A DNA stretch of 64,000 nucleotides from positions 51,996,788 through 52,060,787 of the forward strand of contig CM120640.1 of assembly GCA_051362555.1 (NCBI GenBank). The letters are read 5' to 3'. This document shows, piece by piece, positions 1 to 14,041 of the stretch. A model generated the notes under the pieces. It saw nothing but the letters and a program-made list of their open reading frames with translations. It had not been told where the DNA came from and ran no database searches. A program made the position numbers and the translations under genes. Each line of letters opens with the position of its first letter. Within the stretch, counting starts at the first letter, position 1. Source of the DNA: Lingula anatina (lineage: Eukaryota; Animalia; Brachiopoda).

Positions 1-1537
1 ATGACATTAGTCCGGCAGAGTAGGGGAAAATTTTTATTTTAAATTTGTTTGCTTTTATATACTGTAGATTTGTATTTAGCTGATAAATGTTTGGGGTATT
101 TTTGGCAGACAGATTTGTGGAAAGAAAGCTATTTTTCCAGTAGTCTCTGATTTTTTGCAGTTTTGAAGTTTCCAGTTCAATGAAACCCATTTTTGGTCAG
201 CAACTTGTTTATTAGATCTTGGTTGAAGTTACTTAGAATGTTTTGTATGTGTTAAAAAACAGTCTCAAGAAACTTAGAAATGATAAAAGATTTTACTCAA
301 GATGATTAGCTATTGATTGCCAATGCTAAAAAGATGACTTTGTGGAATATCTTCATGTGTAATTTTCAGGAACCAGCATTTTCAGGAGTTGAGAAGTTCA
401 TTTCAATCTCAGGCTGTAATGAAGTTAATATTTTCTTTGTTTCTCTTTACATTTTAAACTTTTTGTGTGCTATCATCTTCCATATGAAGTTATTTTTTCC
501 ATGAGGTTAGCTACATTCTTTAATTTATTTGTGGTAGTATTTTTTATTGCATCAAATTTAATTAAACTCTTTTTATTAGCTTTATGTGTGTGCATAAGCA
601 GGTTACAGAGAATCATTACTGATGAAAGTTTTAAAACAGTGTGTTCTTGTTTAGTTTGAATTAAGAGCTGTTTTTATATACATGTATTTTGGTTTAAAGT
701 ACTAGTGAAATTTATTAGAAAATTGTGCATGGCAGCAGCGGATAATTTTCCAAAAGTTATTGTTTATTTTGTGATATTTGAAGTTATTTATTATCATTCT
801 ACCCATATTTCTGTTTTGGAAATAACGAATTTGGTCTTTATTGTTAAATTAAGGGAGTAGATCTACTTTCTAAATGTGGGTTACATACTGGAAGTTACTC
901 TCTTGGTTAGATGCATATGGCTATACAGAGAAAAACTTCAGTTGTTCTGGAATTTTTAGATCAAATGTATTCAAATTATTTGAGCACATGTTTTGATGAC
1001 TAACCATTTGTTTGCACTGAATTAAATAGGTTAGCCTGTTTAATTGAGTACATTTAATGTTTTAGGTAACCTAAGGCCATTCCTGTTGCTGAAATTTTCA
1101 TGAAAACAATTTTTTTAACTCGCTAACCAACCACCTCTGGTAGACATCAGTTAAACTGTTTCTTAGGACTTGCTCATTACCAGTGAAACTGTCATTCTAC
1201 GTAGATCTTGCTGATTGCAATCAGATAGACATGCTTCCTTGTGGAGCAGAATACAGAAAAGCTGGTGATTTTACAAGGTGGAAATGAGGTTTGCTTATCT
1301 GTTAATCTGTCATTGCATTCAGCAAGAGTCCCCATAGAATTAGATCAATCTATGTAAAACGATAGCTTCATTGGGAGTGGGCCTTTAATAATAACTTTGG
1401 TGAGTGTGATATATATGAAGATTAGGTTTCCAAGCATTATGTAATAAAATGAGTTAAAGTGAAATGTATTTTCATATACAGACACTTAAAATGTATATTC
1501 TGATCACTGTCTGTCCTTGTCATCAGTGTTCACTCCA

Positions 1538-2101
1538 GGCCTACCCAACTACTAGACGCTGCACCGAATGATCCAGAATTCACAGTAGATCAGATCACGC
1601 TACTGGTTTTCAAGGTGTGTATCATTACAGACTTGAAGTAACAGAAGTGGCACCCTCTTGCCTGGTACACAATGTGATAGCAATGATTCTGCGCAGGGTT
1701 GGAAAGTAGTGCATTTCATCAAAATACATGCGCTGCTGCTATTTTCCCTGTTTTATGTAATAAATTGAACAATACCGTGATTTTTTAACATTAAGTTCAG
1801 GTTTGAACATAGCCAATGATGTTATGTAAATAAATAGGAGCAATCTTTTAATATTAATTTAGTATCGTAGATCTAATTCTGTCAGCAGAAGCATATCCTC
1901 TTTTTAAGAGAGTTAAATAAAGTTTTCATGGCTACAGGGATGGATGTGTTTGACGGGGCAAGTATATATGATGACAAAATTTGCCCTGGGGTATGATACT
2001 GTGAAATGCGCACTGATACACACCTTGAAAACCGGTAACGCAATCTGATCTAACGGTGAATTCATGATCCTTCAGTGCCATATCTGGTAGTTGGTTAGGG
2101 C
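1538..2101. mobile_element. Non-autonomous DNA transposon (MITE/foldback) with ~85-bp imperfect terminal inverted repeats
   Basis: 1539-1623 (gcctacccaactactagacg...ggttttcaaggtgtgtatca) is the imperfect reverse complement of 2014-2101 (tgatacacaccttgaaaacc...gtagttggttagggc). Flanked by CA/TA, compatible with a decayed TA target duplication. Confidence 0.75.
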
Positions 2102-2893
2102 TATACTCTATAACTTCCAATGATATTTTTGTTTTACTTAAAACTTTACTTTGTATGTATTCTGATCACTGTTTTTGTCCTTGTCATCAGTGTCATTGTT
2201 TACCCTATACCTTTTAATGATATATTTACCTAAAAATTACTGTTTTTATGTTAAAAATCCTGCATAGGGAGGCTAACTCTTCAGCAAACAAGAAGTGGAC
2301 TGTGTTAAATGTGCACGAAGAATGATACTGTTTATAAGCTGTCACAATCTGAAAATTTGATATTAGGTGGGTCACTTGAAAGTGAATAACCTTAGAGAAT
2401 GCATCTCATCCCAGTTAGGAGAATACAGGAAAAAGCAGTTTAGCCAACAAGTGATTTTATTGGCTACGAGTCTCAGAGTAACTGGCAACAGCATTTTCAT
2501 CAGCAAGGTTTATGGTTATGTAGCATTCTACAGTACACAAACAGTAAGAGATTGTGTTTTACTTTTGTGAACGTAAAATTTAAAAACAGATAATTTATCC
2601 CTTGGTGCAGGGACTATACCAGTAATTGTCTTTTTCTCTTTTATAGTTATCACCAATTAGTCTGTTGCATTTTGAGTGTCACTTAAATGTTACCTTTTTC
2701 TCTGCTTTACTAAAAAGATAATGAGTGTGAAAATTGCCCATCTTACTTAAAGCATCATTTATTATTTCTTTGAGTCTTATAAATGTCTATATACATGTGT
2801 GTGCCACCTTTGATCTACTCACTAAATATCTTTGATAGGAAGCACATTGTTATTGGCTTTCTTCTGGTTGTTTATCTGAAAGAGATCTCTCTT

Positions 2894-2924
<31 letters not shown>

Positions 2925-3428
2925 GTATTGAGGCCCTGACCACAAGTGCAATGAGTGTGACCTCTGCAATTTTAAGAGGTTGCCCAAAGTTTGGGGTTAA
3001 TTTCTTTAAGGGCACTGGCATGATTTAATAAGGATCCCTATGGACTGTGGTAATAAGCTACCAAAATTTAAAATCTATTTCTTCCTCATGTTGAAGGGTA
3101 AATTAAAAGTTTATTTTAAAAGGTTGGTCTTTATGTAGAACGAGTACTGAATTTCCATTCTTATTTAGTGGTTTCACAATTTTGTATTGCAAAGCATGTT
3201 GTGCAGCAATTGGAAGTGACAAGCAGTTCAAAACTTTTTCAGCTATTGATTGTAAATGTAAAACTGGGTGTGTGTAATATATTGATATTAGTTACAAATT
3301 ATTTAAATTGAATTTTCCTTTTTAATTATTTTTTATGTACAGACACTGTTAGTGTCTGTATATATTCTGATTGGTCTTTCCATCTGCGTAGTCACTGTCG
3401 CCATTGCTGTCTGACACATGAAGTTCAC

Positions 3429-3705
3429 CCCATAACTTCCAAACCGTATTTTTACTTCAAATTTACCAATTGGTTTTGTTTGGTAAAAAGGCAGGTTGCT
3501 TTCGAAAATCAGCATGATTGGTTTTCATTTATGGTAATTATTCTGGTTTTTTTTGCACAATTTTGGTGACGTTCGCCCCATAACTGCCAGACCGTATTTT
3601 TTTTTTTTTGTTTTACTTAAAATTTACAGTGTGGCTTTCTTTGGTAAAGAGGCAAGTTGCTTTAAAACTTAGCATTATCAGTTTACATTTATGGTTATCA
3701 TTCTC
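3429..3705. repeat. Diverged two-copy tandem duplication, period ~148 bp
   Basis: cccataact..ca.accgtattttt...ttggtaaa.aggca.gttgcttt...catttatggt occurs at ~3429 and again at ~3577. Confidence 0.75.
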
Positions 3706-4416
3706 ATTTTTCATTTTTCACACATTAGCATTTTCAGTCTCTGTTATATATCACATGGAATCGAATCACTTGCTAGTTTTTCAATATCCACGTTACCTGT
3801 AGTACATAATGTAAGAGGGTAAGAGTGATTATGCTGTTTTAAAGCATTATGTAACAGTGCATCAAAATTGTCCAAAACATTATTTAGTGCACTTTTTTCT
3901 GCATAATGTCTGAACATTTGACAGCTTTGCTGCTTTGTTTTCTGTATGGTGTCTGTATATTTGCCAGTTTTTTTTTTTAACTTTGAGGCTATAAAATGTG
4001 TCTTTAAGTATCTTCAGTGCCATTCAGTTTTATGTTGACTATGATAGTGGCAAATGAGTTGACATTAGCAATATAAGGCGTTAGCTGTTAATCTAGGATA
4101 TTGTGAACTTAAAGCAAAGTCATGTTATAGGAATCATTAATGTAGTATCAACTTCTTGTGGAGCATTTTGCAGTAGTGGCAGCAAGGTTACCCATTGCCA
4201 AATGAGATTTTTTGCCAGAATGGTGATATCTGATAAATAAACAACACTCTGCTTTTTAAAGATCACCTAAGAATGTTCTTGTTATACAGGCATTGTTTCA
4301 GCCCCAGCCATGTGGTCAGTAGCCATAATAAATAAAAGTTTAACATGACCCAAAGGCTTGTTATTGACATTTGGTTAACCATATGACTAGCTTCTAAATT
4401 TTCTTTGCATTTTAAG

Positions 4417-4418
<2 letters not shown>

Positions 4419-4456
<38 letters not shown>
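4419..4456. repeat. (AT)n microsatellite
   Basis: Direct reading. Confidence 0.95.
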
Positions 4457-4459
<3 letters not shown>

Positions 4460-6048
4460 TTTAGCAAAAATGTGCAAATTGAATTTCAACAGCAGCAAGA
4501 TTACAATACGAATTTTATGAAATGCATAAAAATAATCTTTAAAGACATTTTAACAAAACTAAATTATTTTTCCAGATTTGTTGTAATTACTGAATAATGG
4601 TTGACTTAGAGAAATGTGCTTTTGTAACTGACATTTTGGAAAAAAGGAAGAATGGAATATACTTTTGGATGAAACCAACCTATTGAGCCAGTATTTACCT
4701 TTGAGAAGAGAAAATTCTCGTATGAACAAAACACAGCTCAAGTGAGGTGGAGAATAAATTGCAAAAATGTAAAATTAAATCAAATTATGCCTAGTTTCCA
4801 ATGATATTTTTTCACAATAGGAAAATTAATGGTAACCTTACTTTTCAGTTATTGTGGTAACGCTTTGGCAATAGTTATGGAAAAATGTACAGACACGACA
4901 CTGTATCAATACCTAATTTTGTGAAGAAGATTCACACTATTGATGTAGATTGCTTTAGAGGTTTAAATTTGATATGGGGGCATCTAATGTTTTCAGTCAC
5001 TTGGTCCTCATTATTAATGATTTTTAACATGAAAAGGTCAATGAAAAATATGGTTACAATTTTGGGTTTATAATTTCAAACTCCAGAGAAATTTGCATCA
5101 AGACATTTTTTATTTGCTGTATTTAAGTATTAATTTTTAAGAACTTATGCATTAAAAAATGTATACAAAGTATCTCTTCAACATGGCTAAACTTAAACTT
5201 GATCTGGACAGGTTTCCATGGATGCTGAAACAAATATTATATTTCACAAATAAACTCACGCTGATTTCAATCATTGCTTCAAACACCTGTCATTAATCAA
5301 AGGTGTCACAGCTGCTTGACACATCAGCACACCTAAAAATCAATAATTTGGCATGATAATTAACACAGGATGTGCCACTCAAATGAGAAATTACGTATAC
5401 ATGTTTCTTTGGCACTTAATTATCTTACATAAAAATAGCCGTTTGGGTTTCATCGTACTCATGGCAACTCCTTTTGGAAAAAAAGGACAAATGCTGTTTA
5501 CAGCTCCTCAATTATCATGTCAGTGGTAAAATTACATTCATTTCCAAACACCCGTGACACAAAATTGAACAGGGCACAAGGCACTTGACTACAGGTACTG
5601 TTTGTATCTATAAATTATCATTCCTTAAATACAATCACTAACAGACATTATATATGTAAATGTGATAAAAGAAATTCGGCCATACCTTGAATATTTGGTG
5701 GGGTATATCCCACCAAATTCAGAATGAATTAAACTTTCTTTACAGTGGACGTGAAAAACAGTACAACATAACTCATTTCCAAAAACTATATAAAAGCTTA
5801 TTAAAGAAGGCATACATTCTGCATTAAATTGTAGGATGATAAAATACTTCCAATTCACCCCTTATACAACGTTATTACATGTAGGGTATTAGAAAGCATG
5901 AAAACGAATTATCTATAGATTTGAGTTAAGCACTGACAGCTGGAGTCAGGAAATTATATCAAAAGTTATTCATACATGCTCTATATCAAAAGTTAACTGT
6001 GCAAAATAATTTGACATTTGATTTCTTCCCTCAAAGGTGTCAATTAAA

Positions 6049-6935
6049 TTACTTTAAGTCAAAAATTTCCAGTAAAATTGGCTCTATCTCACTGGTATTA
6101 ACATGCAGAAGAATCTTGCCATGTTTTTCAGAATACTGCTTAATTTCGCTGAGTCTTTGAAGAAGTGTTGGATACAGGGACACGGCCTGAGAGTAGGAAT
6201 ATGTAGCTTCTATGTAATGCTTCATAAGTACACAGTAACGATCTTGGATGTTAGAAATAAGGGCTCTTCTTGCAACATTTGCATATTCTGGAGAGAAAAC
6301 TGACAGTACGTGCAGCAGTACAAAGAGATTGACATCATTTCCTGCAGCTTCTTTCAAGCGGCGGCAGATGTAGAGGTGGTCTTCATACAGTGGCATCATA
6401 GTATGGCTGGTGACATTTTTCAAAATGAGAGTGGGAATTTCTCCATGTGGTGTTATCCAGGCATCTTTGTCGACGTCATAATAAGCAGCAGAGCGGAGCA
6501 GGATGCAATTCATTGTGGCCCCTTTCAGAAGCACAATCTGCAAGTCCTGACTCAAAGACATAAAATCTTGCAATTTCTTGGCAAATTTGATAAGTTTGCG
6601 CACAATGTTCCCTGTCATGTTAACTAGGTTACTCAAGGAATTCCTCTGGGAAACAGCCTCATCTACAACATAGCCTAGTGTGGCACTATATAAATTCTGC
6701 AGACTGGTTATTAGGAGTAGCTCCTCATCTGTTAGGCGGCGGGTGGTGGGTGTGGCATCTTCTGGTGGCAAAGTGGGGTCCAGTAAAAAATGGGCTTGCA
6801 CATCTGAACATGGTAGGCCATCACAGGAGGCAGATTCCTCCTCATGTATAATGGCTTCATGAATAGTTTTTGTACTTTTTCTTTTTTCGCGGTTTTGCTG
6901 GACCTTTTCAATCCTCTTCTTTTTTTCAACTTCAT
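6049..6935 (-). CDS. Nuclear receptor NR1J/HR96-like: distal cassette B terminal exon (hinge + complete ligand-binding domain)
   Basis: Acceptor ttttgcag|AT at 6935 (phase 1). Open frame (D)EVEKKKRIEKVQQNREKR...FAKKLQDFMSLSQDLQIVLLKG (LBD signature)...SNIQDRY..LMKHY...IEPILLEIFDLK* (HR96-like AF-2 end). Extends ORF 6049..6801. Confidence 0.95.
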
Positions 6936-7207
6936 CTGCAAAATTGAACTTTTTAGTAGTGACAAAGGTAACATTTTGAATAGAAAATGCCTCAAGTCTT
7001 TAGTTCTATAATTATTCCCATTTTCAAATTCAGAAACTAAAAGACCTTCAGTTTAAAGCAGCTCTGGGACTGGCAGAAACTTTCAATGGTTAGCTTGATT
7101 ACATATCTTTGTTGCCTCTATTTCTTTCATTTGAAAAAAGCAGTTCATAGCCCAGGGAAAAAATTGGTATATCTAATTTGATAGCCCACATTTACGCTCA
7201 TATTTAC

Positions 7208-7325
7208 CTAAGATCATGTCTTTTTTCATCCCTGCTGCAAAGCACTTTTTTAGGCGACAGTGAGAACAGAACCGTCTTGTTGCCACATCTACCACACATT
7301 TCCCATGAAACATACAGGACATACC
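7208..7325 (-). CDS. Nuclear receptor NR1J/HR96-like: cassette B second zinc-finger exon
   Basis: ttcag|GGT...TTA G|gtaaat, 118 nt, phase 0 to 1. Encodes GMSCMFHGKCVVDVATRRFCSHCRLKKCFAAGMKKDMIL. Confidence 0.93.
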
Positions 7326-7836
7326 CTGAAGATTAAGTTGTGGAGAGTAGAAAATAAGCAACTCTACTGACAAATACAGACACAAATATAGCTTACTGAT
7401 CAAAACAAAAACCTAAGGCACCACTATAAAGAGGGAGAAAGTCTATTCTTCAACTGAACAAACTAATAATATTATCTTGAACTAGAAAAGCACTCAGAGA
7501 GCACAGACCTCTGCCAAGGCAAGTCAATTCTCTTTATTATTTGATACACTTGAACATCATCCAATTATTTGAGATACATAGTGAGAGGCAGTACTCACAC
7601 TTCACCAACCCCCCCCCCCCCCCAAAAAAAAAAAAAAAAAAAAAAACGAATAAAGCATATACCCCTCCAATTGATGCTGTAATAGATTGTCCTTGTAGCA
7701 GTTGCAACAGAAGTAGTCTAGTTATGAGAAGCCAGTTGTGGAGATCATGGCCCATGCATGACAGAATGAATAGAGATTATCACAAACGACACCTGCACAA
7801 TGCAGCATTTTACTGATGTAAATAGTTATGTATAGT

Positions 7837-7991
7837 AATCCAGATCACCTCCAAAATTTAATAATTTGTTTCTTGGCCCATTTCTGATCTATATTGAAAA
7901 TTTCATCAAATTCGTCCCATGTCTTTTTGCATAATGTTGCTTACAAACAAACAAACAGAACTGAAAATATAACCTCCTTGGTGGAGGTAAT
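7837..7991 (-). mobile_element. Fragment of a Helentron-associated (HINE/DINE-like) element end
   Basis: Minus strand reads attacctccaccaaggaggttat (terminal hairpin), then a (tgtt)n microsatellite and gaatttgatgaaatttt...ttaaattttggaggtgatctgga, the typical layout of such ends. Family assignment is from recognition, not a search. Confidence 0.6.
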
Positions 7992-10900
7992 GAATATATA
8001 TTTATCAGTTATATTTAACTTCTTATATACACAAATTAAGGCCATGGCTACAGCAAACACACATAATTTATGCAACAAATTATTATACTGGTATATCATT
8101 TATAAATTACAACTAATTTTTCTCCTTTACAAGTTGTGCTAAAATTTATTAGAAGCAATATTAATTCCATAATTTATAGTGGATTAAATATTTTAAAGAA
8201 TTAAAAATGAGTTACTGCACATGGATAAAAAACGTATCATTTACTTCCTTTAAAAGTTGAAACCTAAAATTCTATTATAATTAGACTGCTGCACAGTAAA
8301 AAATTTGGTCACAGTCAAGTAAAACTGCAAAATAGTGTTGTTTTTCACTACGTATGTGCAAAATTCCAGACAAGTGCTAGGTAATGAACACAATGGATAT
8401 GACCCAGGTTTCATATTAGTTAGCCTCATTGTCCTGCATAGATTTACAACTTCTCAAAGTAATATATTTCATGGAATGGGGATCACCTAAAATGACGTTG
8501 ACACTGCATTATGTCATATAAGACTGTAACTTTAACTCATATGCAAATTTATGTGCTGGGAAAGCCAACTCAGGAGGCAATGTAAAAGTGGCATTTGAAT
8601 TAAGGTGGATTCGCACTTAAGTGAAACGACTTCAATTTACAGAAAAAGCAACTAAGAAGTATCTGTGGATTCCATTCAGTTTTATTCTTTTTTGCAATAC
8701 TCCACTTTCCATCTTTGCACAAATGAATACTAGATTTGTCCATTTTTGCTTAAGGCCATCTGCAAGCTTAATTCAATGAGACCATCTCACACATCTTTTC
8801 CCATTATTTTTTTAATTTTATTTTTAAAAACAAATTACATAAAACTTTGTGAAAAATATACAGGCAAAAGCATGCCACATGTCAATGTGAACACTCTGAA
8901 GAGGTTAAAGGTATCAGTATTTATTTGATAACACAAACTTAGAGTGAACATATTTAATTTAGATAATAAATATGATTTTTCATATTAGTGTCACTTGAAA
9001 GCTAAAAATAATTGTTCACATTATACAGTGTACCAAGGTGATACATCAGTTACCAAATTGCATGGTACGTTTTTTTATTCTCAATAACTGTCATTATAAA
9101 ACACCTAACTATTGAATAGTCAGATGTATTCTGATCCATTAATGTTTAAAATGTACTGGGGCCACAAATTTACCAGGTAAGTTTGTACTACATAAAGTTA
9201 CAAGACGAGCCACCCATTGTATATGATATGCATGAGTGTAATGTTTAAGACAATGCCTACAATCAGCATACAGTGGGCTACAAGTGCTTGTAACTTACTT
9301 ATCTCATGGCTGGTGCTTCAAACAATAGGATAATTTAACTTGTATTAGCTTAAAAGTGGACAGAAAAGAGCACAGAAAGCACTGAAGCATATTAAAATTC
9401 AGGCAAGTGTAGGCCTGAATTACAAGTGCAATAATCCCTGGAAAAGAAATACTACAGATACCTAGGTTTTGGGTAATGGAGATAAAGGACTTTTCCATTA
9501 AGCCCTTGTCAATTAATGACCATTGGTGATGGGAATTATGCAATAAATATCTATTTCATATATATATTAACATGACTAACAGGTTTGCCTAAACAGCAAG
9601 TTCTGCCACCCCTTTTCCTACAATACCTTTCTATGTAATGACAAAAGCAAATATAAATCATTAAGAAACTCTGGAATCCTTTCATAACAATTATATATAT
9701 AATTTAATTCAATAATAATAATAGTAATATTTTGTTAAAGGGATACTTATTAACCCTAAAATATCTTACTCAACTTTTTGCATAAATGTTACTTGTATAT
9801 CCAAAATACTTATCATACTAAATTTTTTAACACCAAGTTGCATTCCTTTTTTATCACTTTCACAATAACATTGTTTTCAACCATTATTTAGGAAAATTCT
9901 AGTTTGCCTTTTCCTAAGCCTAATCTGGATATTGTTACCAAGAAAGTCATTCCCAGGAACTCCTAGTGGAAATCCACCTTCCTTATGATGTTAATGTGCT
10001 AGTTCAACACCTACTACTATTACACAAAGTCTGGTTTGTGGGCTTTATTATTACTTTCTGGCACCTCATCTGCTGATTGTGCCCCAAACTGCATTCATTT
10101 TTCTCTTCAAAACTGGAAGGTATACATTATAAACACTGCAGGTAACACAAGACTGTTCTGGAGTTATGTAACTATGTTACTTGATCACTTGAAGGGATTG
10201 CATTAAAATGAGGTATCAGATGACACTTCTTACAATGTGAAGTGCATTTTTTTTTTTTTGATTTTTTAGATTTACAAAAAAATCTTGTCATACAGAAAAT
10301 TCAAATTTAACTTATTTAAACTGAAGGAGCGATCAAAGTGCAAGTACAGCTAGTATGCCCAGAACTTTAGAGGAATGCAGAGCCTACATAGAGCAGTACT
10401 AAACATCTATATAATGATATAACTAATACAGAAGCATGTGCATACGTACTACATAGCGTGTTTAACATATTTACTCCAATTTCGTGATCAAGCAAAAAGG
10501 AAATTTAAATACATCCTTAAGTTATATACCCTGTTATTCAAAATTAAAACTAAAAGACAGAACTGGAGTTAAAATATTATCACATAATGTTCATGGATGT
10601 TTTTTGTCATCAGGAAAGTCTGGCCATTTTGTTGACGAGGTCACATCACTCGTTTTGGGGTGAAAGTGCTATTTTTGGTTTCTTGACATTCTCTACCAAC
10701 TTGAATTAGAAAAAGTTCAACGACAAATATAAGCTGTGCACAATTTCTTTAGGATGGTGCAATTAATTTTCCAAAAAATTACTTTGCTTAGATTTTATCA
10801 CTAATAACTTAAAATTACACCAATTTTCAATGGACCTTTGTTAACAAGACTGCCTAACATCAACTTAAAAGATGTTATCAAAAATCTGTGGCAGCAGATT

Positions 10901-12312
10901 GTTCTTCATACCTTTGCAATTGTCAGAAACTAAGGAAAGTGGCCTCTTTGCAACCCCACAACTGAAATTTGTGCAAAATTGTTGGTAAATAATAACTTTT
11001 GCTGACTCGTCGCATCATAATTTTTAGGATGATGAGTCTTATTGAATATTCGATATATAATTTTTATCCCTAAGGCCATAACATTTAATACAGGCAACAA
11101 TTTGCTACATTGTTATTATTGTTAAAACGATTAGGATAGAGGGGTTATATAATAATAGCGGCCTTGTTTGGCCAAATCACAAACAATCAATATTCCTTGT
11201 TGCCTTCTTTCTTGCTATGAATGAGACTATAAAAGTTTGTGGTACACTGAGATGGAGGAGACATAAATACCAATTTTGGCAATTCCATCTCTAGGGGTTG
11301 TGGTGGGAAAATACTACCAGATATTTCAACTCACAGGTACAAATGGCACCTTTGCACAATATGTTAATCAGCATACCTGCCAGATATGATAGCCTGACAC
11401 ATGATTGAAAAAATAAAATAAAATAAATAATTTGATATAAAGAAGGGTATATAACATTAAGGATGAATTTTCTGTTCCAAGTATATAGAATAACTATGCT
11501 TCTCAACAATGACACAGATTACCTACAGAGCAATACTTAGATTGGTATATGTCACACAATAAAAGATCTAAATTTTAAATCAAATGAAAATACAAAGTTA
11601 ACATGATTTAGCAAGGTTTTTGGACACACCTACATTTGGTTAAATGAACTAAGACCCAATTTGTTGAACTGTTAAAATTAAAAATAAAAATATGACTTTA
11701 AGCTTTATTATGCCAATCAATTACAAAATTTCCACACCATACCATACATATCACAGTTGGGAGCACTAAATATCACCTAAAAGCTAATCATGCTACAACA
11801 ATATTTACAATATAATACACCAAGAAGAAGTATAAAGCATCCTGTACTAATTTCCCATTTTTTTTCTCAAATTTTCAAAATGTATCTCCTTGACTGTTCT
11901 ATTGCCGAGATGAGCAAGTTTAATGTGTTGCCCATTCTTACCAGCCTGCACATAGACATATGGGTACAGAATTAACAATGCCGATAATCAAATAAAATAG
12001 CACTGTTACCTGTATGTGATCTGCATAGCACTTCTTGTTGATTTTACCAGAAATTAGGGACCGCATGTGGTGCAAAAACAATATTCAGTGACAATAATAA
12101 ATAATAACATTATTAACCTAATGTAACACAAGTGCTATAAATAAGAAATAAAGATTTTCAGTTCTCACATAAAAAATTTGAATTACTCTCACAATATAAT
12201 AAGATGAAGAATTATGATCAAACTCACAGGAAAGTGTTGTTTAAACACACTTTAACTGTTAGCTTCAGTTTCTAGCATTAAGATAAAACAATAATTGCTA
12301 TATAAATTCAAC

Positions 12313-12318
12313 TTTATT
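12313..12318 (-). terminator. Candidate poly(A) signal for nuclear receptor isoform A
   Basis: AATAAA on the minus strand followed by a U/GU-rich tract (ttattgttttatctt). It lies ~1.7 kb downstream of the cassette A stop and upstream of cassette B. Confidence 0.4.
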
Positions 12319-12342
12319 TGTGGTATGTGACAACATTGAGAG

Positions 12343-12547
12343 CATTCAGACTAACTGGATCAATCCAACTCTGCAGGAGATTCTAATTAAGTGCAATCAC
12401 TGTAATGGGCCTCCTGGGGTTGCTATGGGGGTTATTAACCAATTAACTAGCTGCTCTAAGAGGCGTGTCAGACAATTATACCGATTACCCTGAATGCACT
12501 TTAGCGAGAATCTCCAGCAGAGTTGGATCGATTCAGTTGGTACGATG
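12343..12547. mobile_element. Palindromic MITE (~200 bp)
   Basis: aactggatcaatccaactctgcaggagattct pairs with gaatctccagcagagttggatcgattcagtt. Its GATCGATC-type arms resemble the MITEs at 34.3, 44.5 and 45.8 kb. Confidence 0.65.
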
Positions 12548-14041
12548 TTTTAATTTGAACATGGTCATAAATATCCCACTACAAGTCAGGTCAGTGTGTA
12601 TACTCCTACTAACAGAATCTTCTTCACCCAGCATATCTGTCATCTCTGCCTCATCACTGAACTACACTGAACCACAGCAAAATAGATAAATACTCCTGTG
12701 CCTCTGTGACTTGGAAATGTTTCCCTATTGTAAAGCTTGATATATACTGAGCAAAATTATAAGCGACCCATGTCAAGTACTTACGTAGCATGAAATAGGG
12801 CATCCTAAATGAGCTAATATCGTTTTATAACTGTGCAAAATTTTTAATTCTCATCAATTAATAATAACACCAAAATTTGTGTCTGCCTCTGCCAGAGAGC
12901 ACTAACATGCACACATGGATGCAGTAACTCAACCATACTACAGCCACGGCCTGTCCAACCCTTCTTAAACAATTAAAGGCCAAGCTAACCCCAAAATGTC
13001 AAACTTCATCAAAACCTATCATGTCACACATACATAGCAAATCATGCCACTGGTATGAACTCATTCCAGTACTTGACTGGCCTGTAAATTCATCTGGGTT
13101 GTTCTCCAAAGACTTGTCCCCAGTCATGTTCCAGATAGCATCCCTAAGCTCCATAAAGACTACAGAAGTAGATTAACATTTTCACGGGGCATGCCTGACA
13201 CCAAATGTTGGACATGCAAGACATCTCGTCAAGATCTGTTTCTACGTGATCACCCCCCCCTACCCCCCTACCCAATTTTTCTAATGGACAGTAATTTTTC
13301 ACAGAATGATCAACAGAAGGGATTTAGTCTTATTTGAAATAGGTGCAATCCTAAATTTGAAGAAATCAAAGGGCATTTATATTTTTGTTCAGTATACATC
13401 TTGGTAAGTGAACTAAATGGTTTCACTTCCATCACATTTCACTTGACCTTTCTTTCATATATATAAATTTAATATAATTTTCGACCGTGTACGTTTGGCA
13501 GGTTATACCTGTACACAATTCTTCAGGGGTCACAATGAATTATATCCTCATTTCACAACTTAAAGTGGACCACAGATGCATAACATGCCTGGTCTATACC
13601 ATATCTTTTAGAAGATCAATAACAGATTATTTTACCATCCAAACAGATAGTGCATTTGTTTTGTTACAAGAGTCTTATTTAACTAATTCGGTTGGTGAGT
13701 AATGTAAACCATATATCTTAAACTATCTCTAAATATATTTAGATTTGCAAGCACACATGCGCACACACACACACACACACACACTGTATTAATGAATCAT
13801 TCATATTGACTACTTCTCCTTATATGGATTAATTAATAATATTTAAGATATTACTAAACAATTATATCACTAATCCAAGCTCATGAAATATTGGCAATAT
13901 TTTTGCCATAAATATTTTGCGTATCATGATCCTGCAATATTTAAACCTCCACATAACTAATAAGGAACCTGAGGAAAATCCAACTGTGATCAAAACATGA
14001 AAATGTCTTTGGTCTCCTCCGTGTTAGGACAACAGGCATGC

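Noticed and set aside
1539-1614. Apparent plus-strand exon (ccag|GCC...AAG|gtgtgt)
   Set aside because: It is the left arm of an inverted-repeat element whose mirror lies at 2014-2101.
1965-2052. Box C/D snoRNA-like pattern (ATGATGA ... CTGA)
   Set aside because: The putative guide and D box lie in the MITE arm, and I recognised no rRNA or snRNA complementarity.
3855-3875. Minus-strand NFDA-coding match resembling finger 1
   Set aside because: No flanking cysteines and it lies downstream of both modules; chance match.
7326-14041. A second first-zinc-finger exon that would make module B an independent gene
   Set aside because: No CxxCGD/NFxA/CESCK-coding sequence seen on the minus strand by manual reading. 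Short frames near 10.1, 12.6 and 13.1 kb do not resemble it. An HMM scan should confirm.
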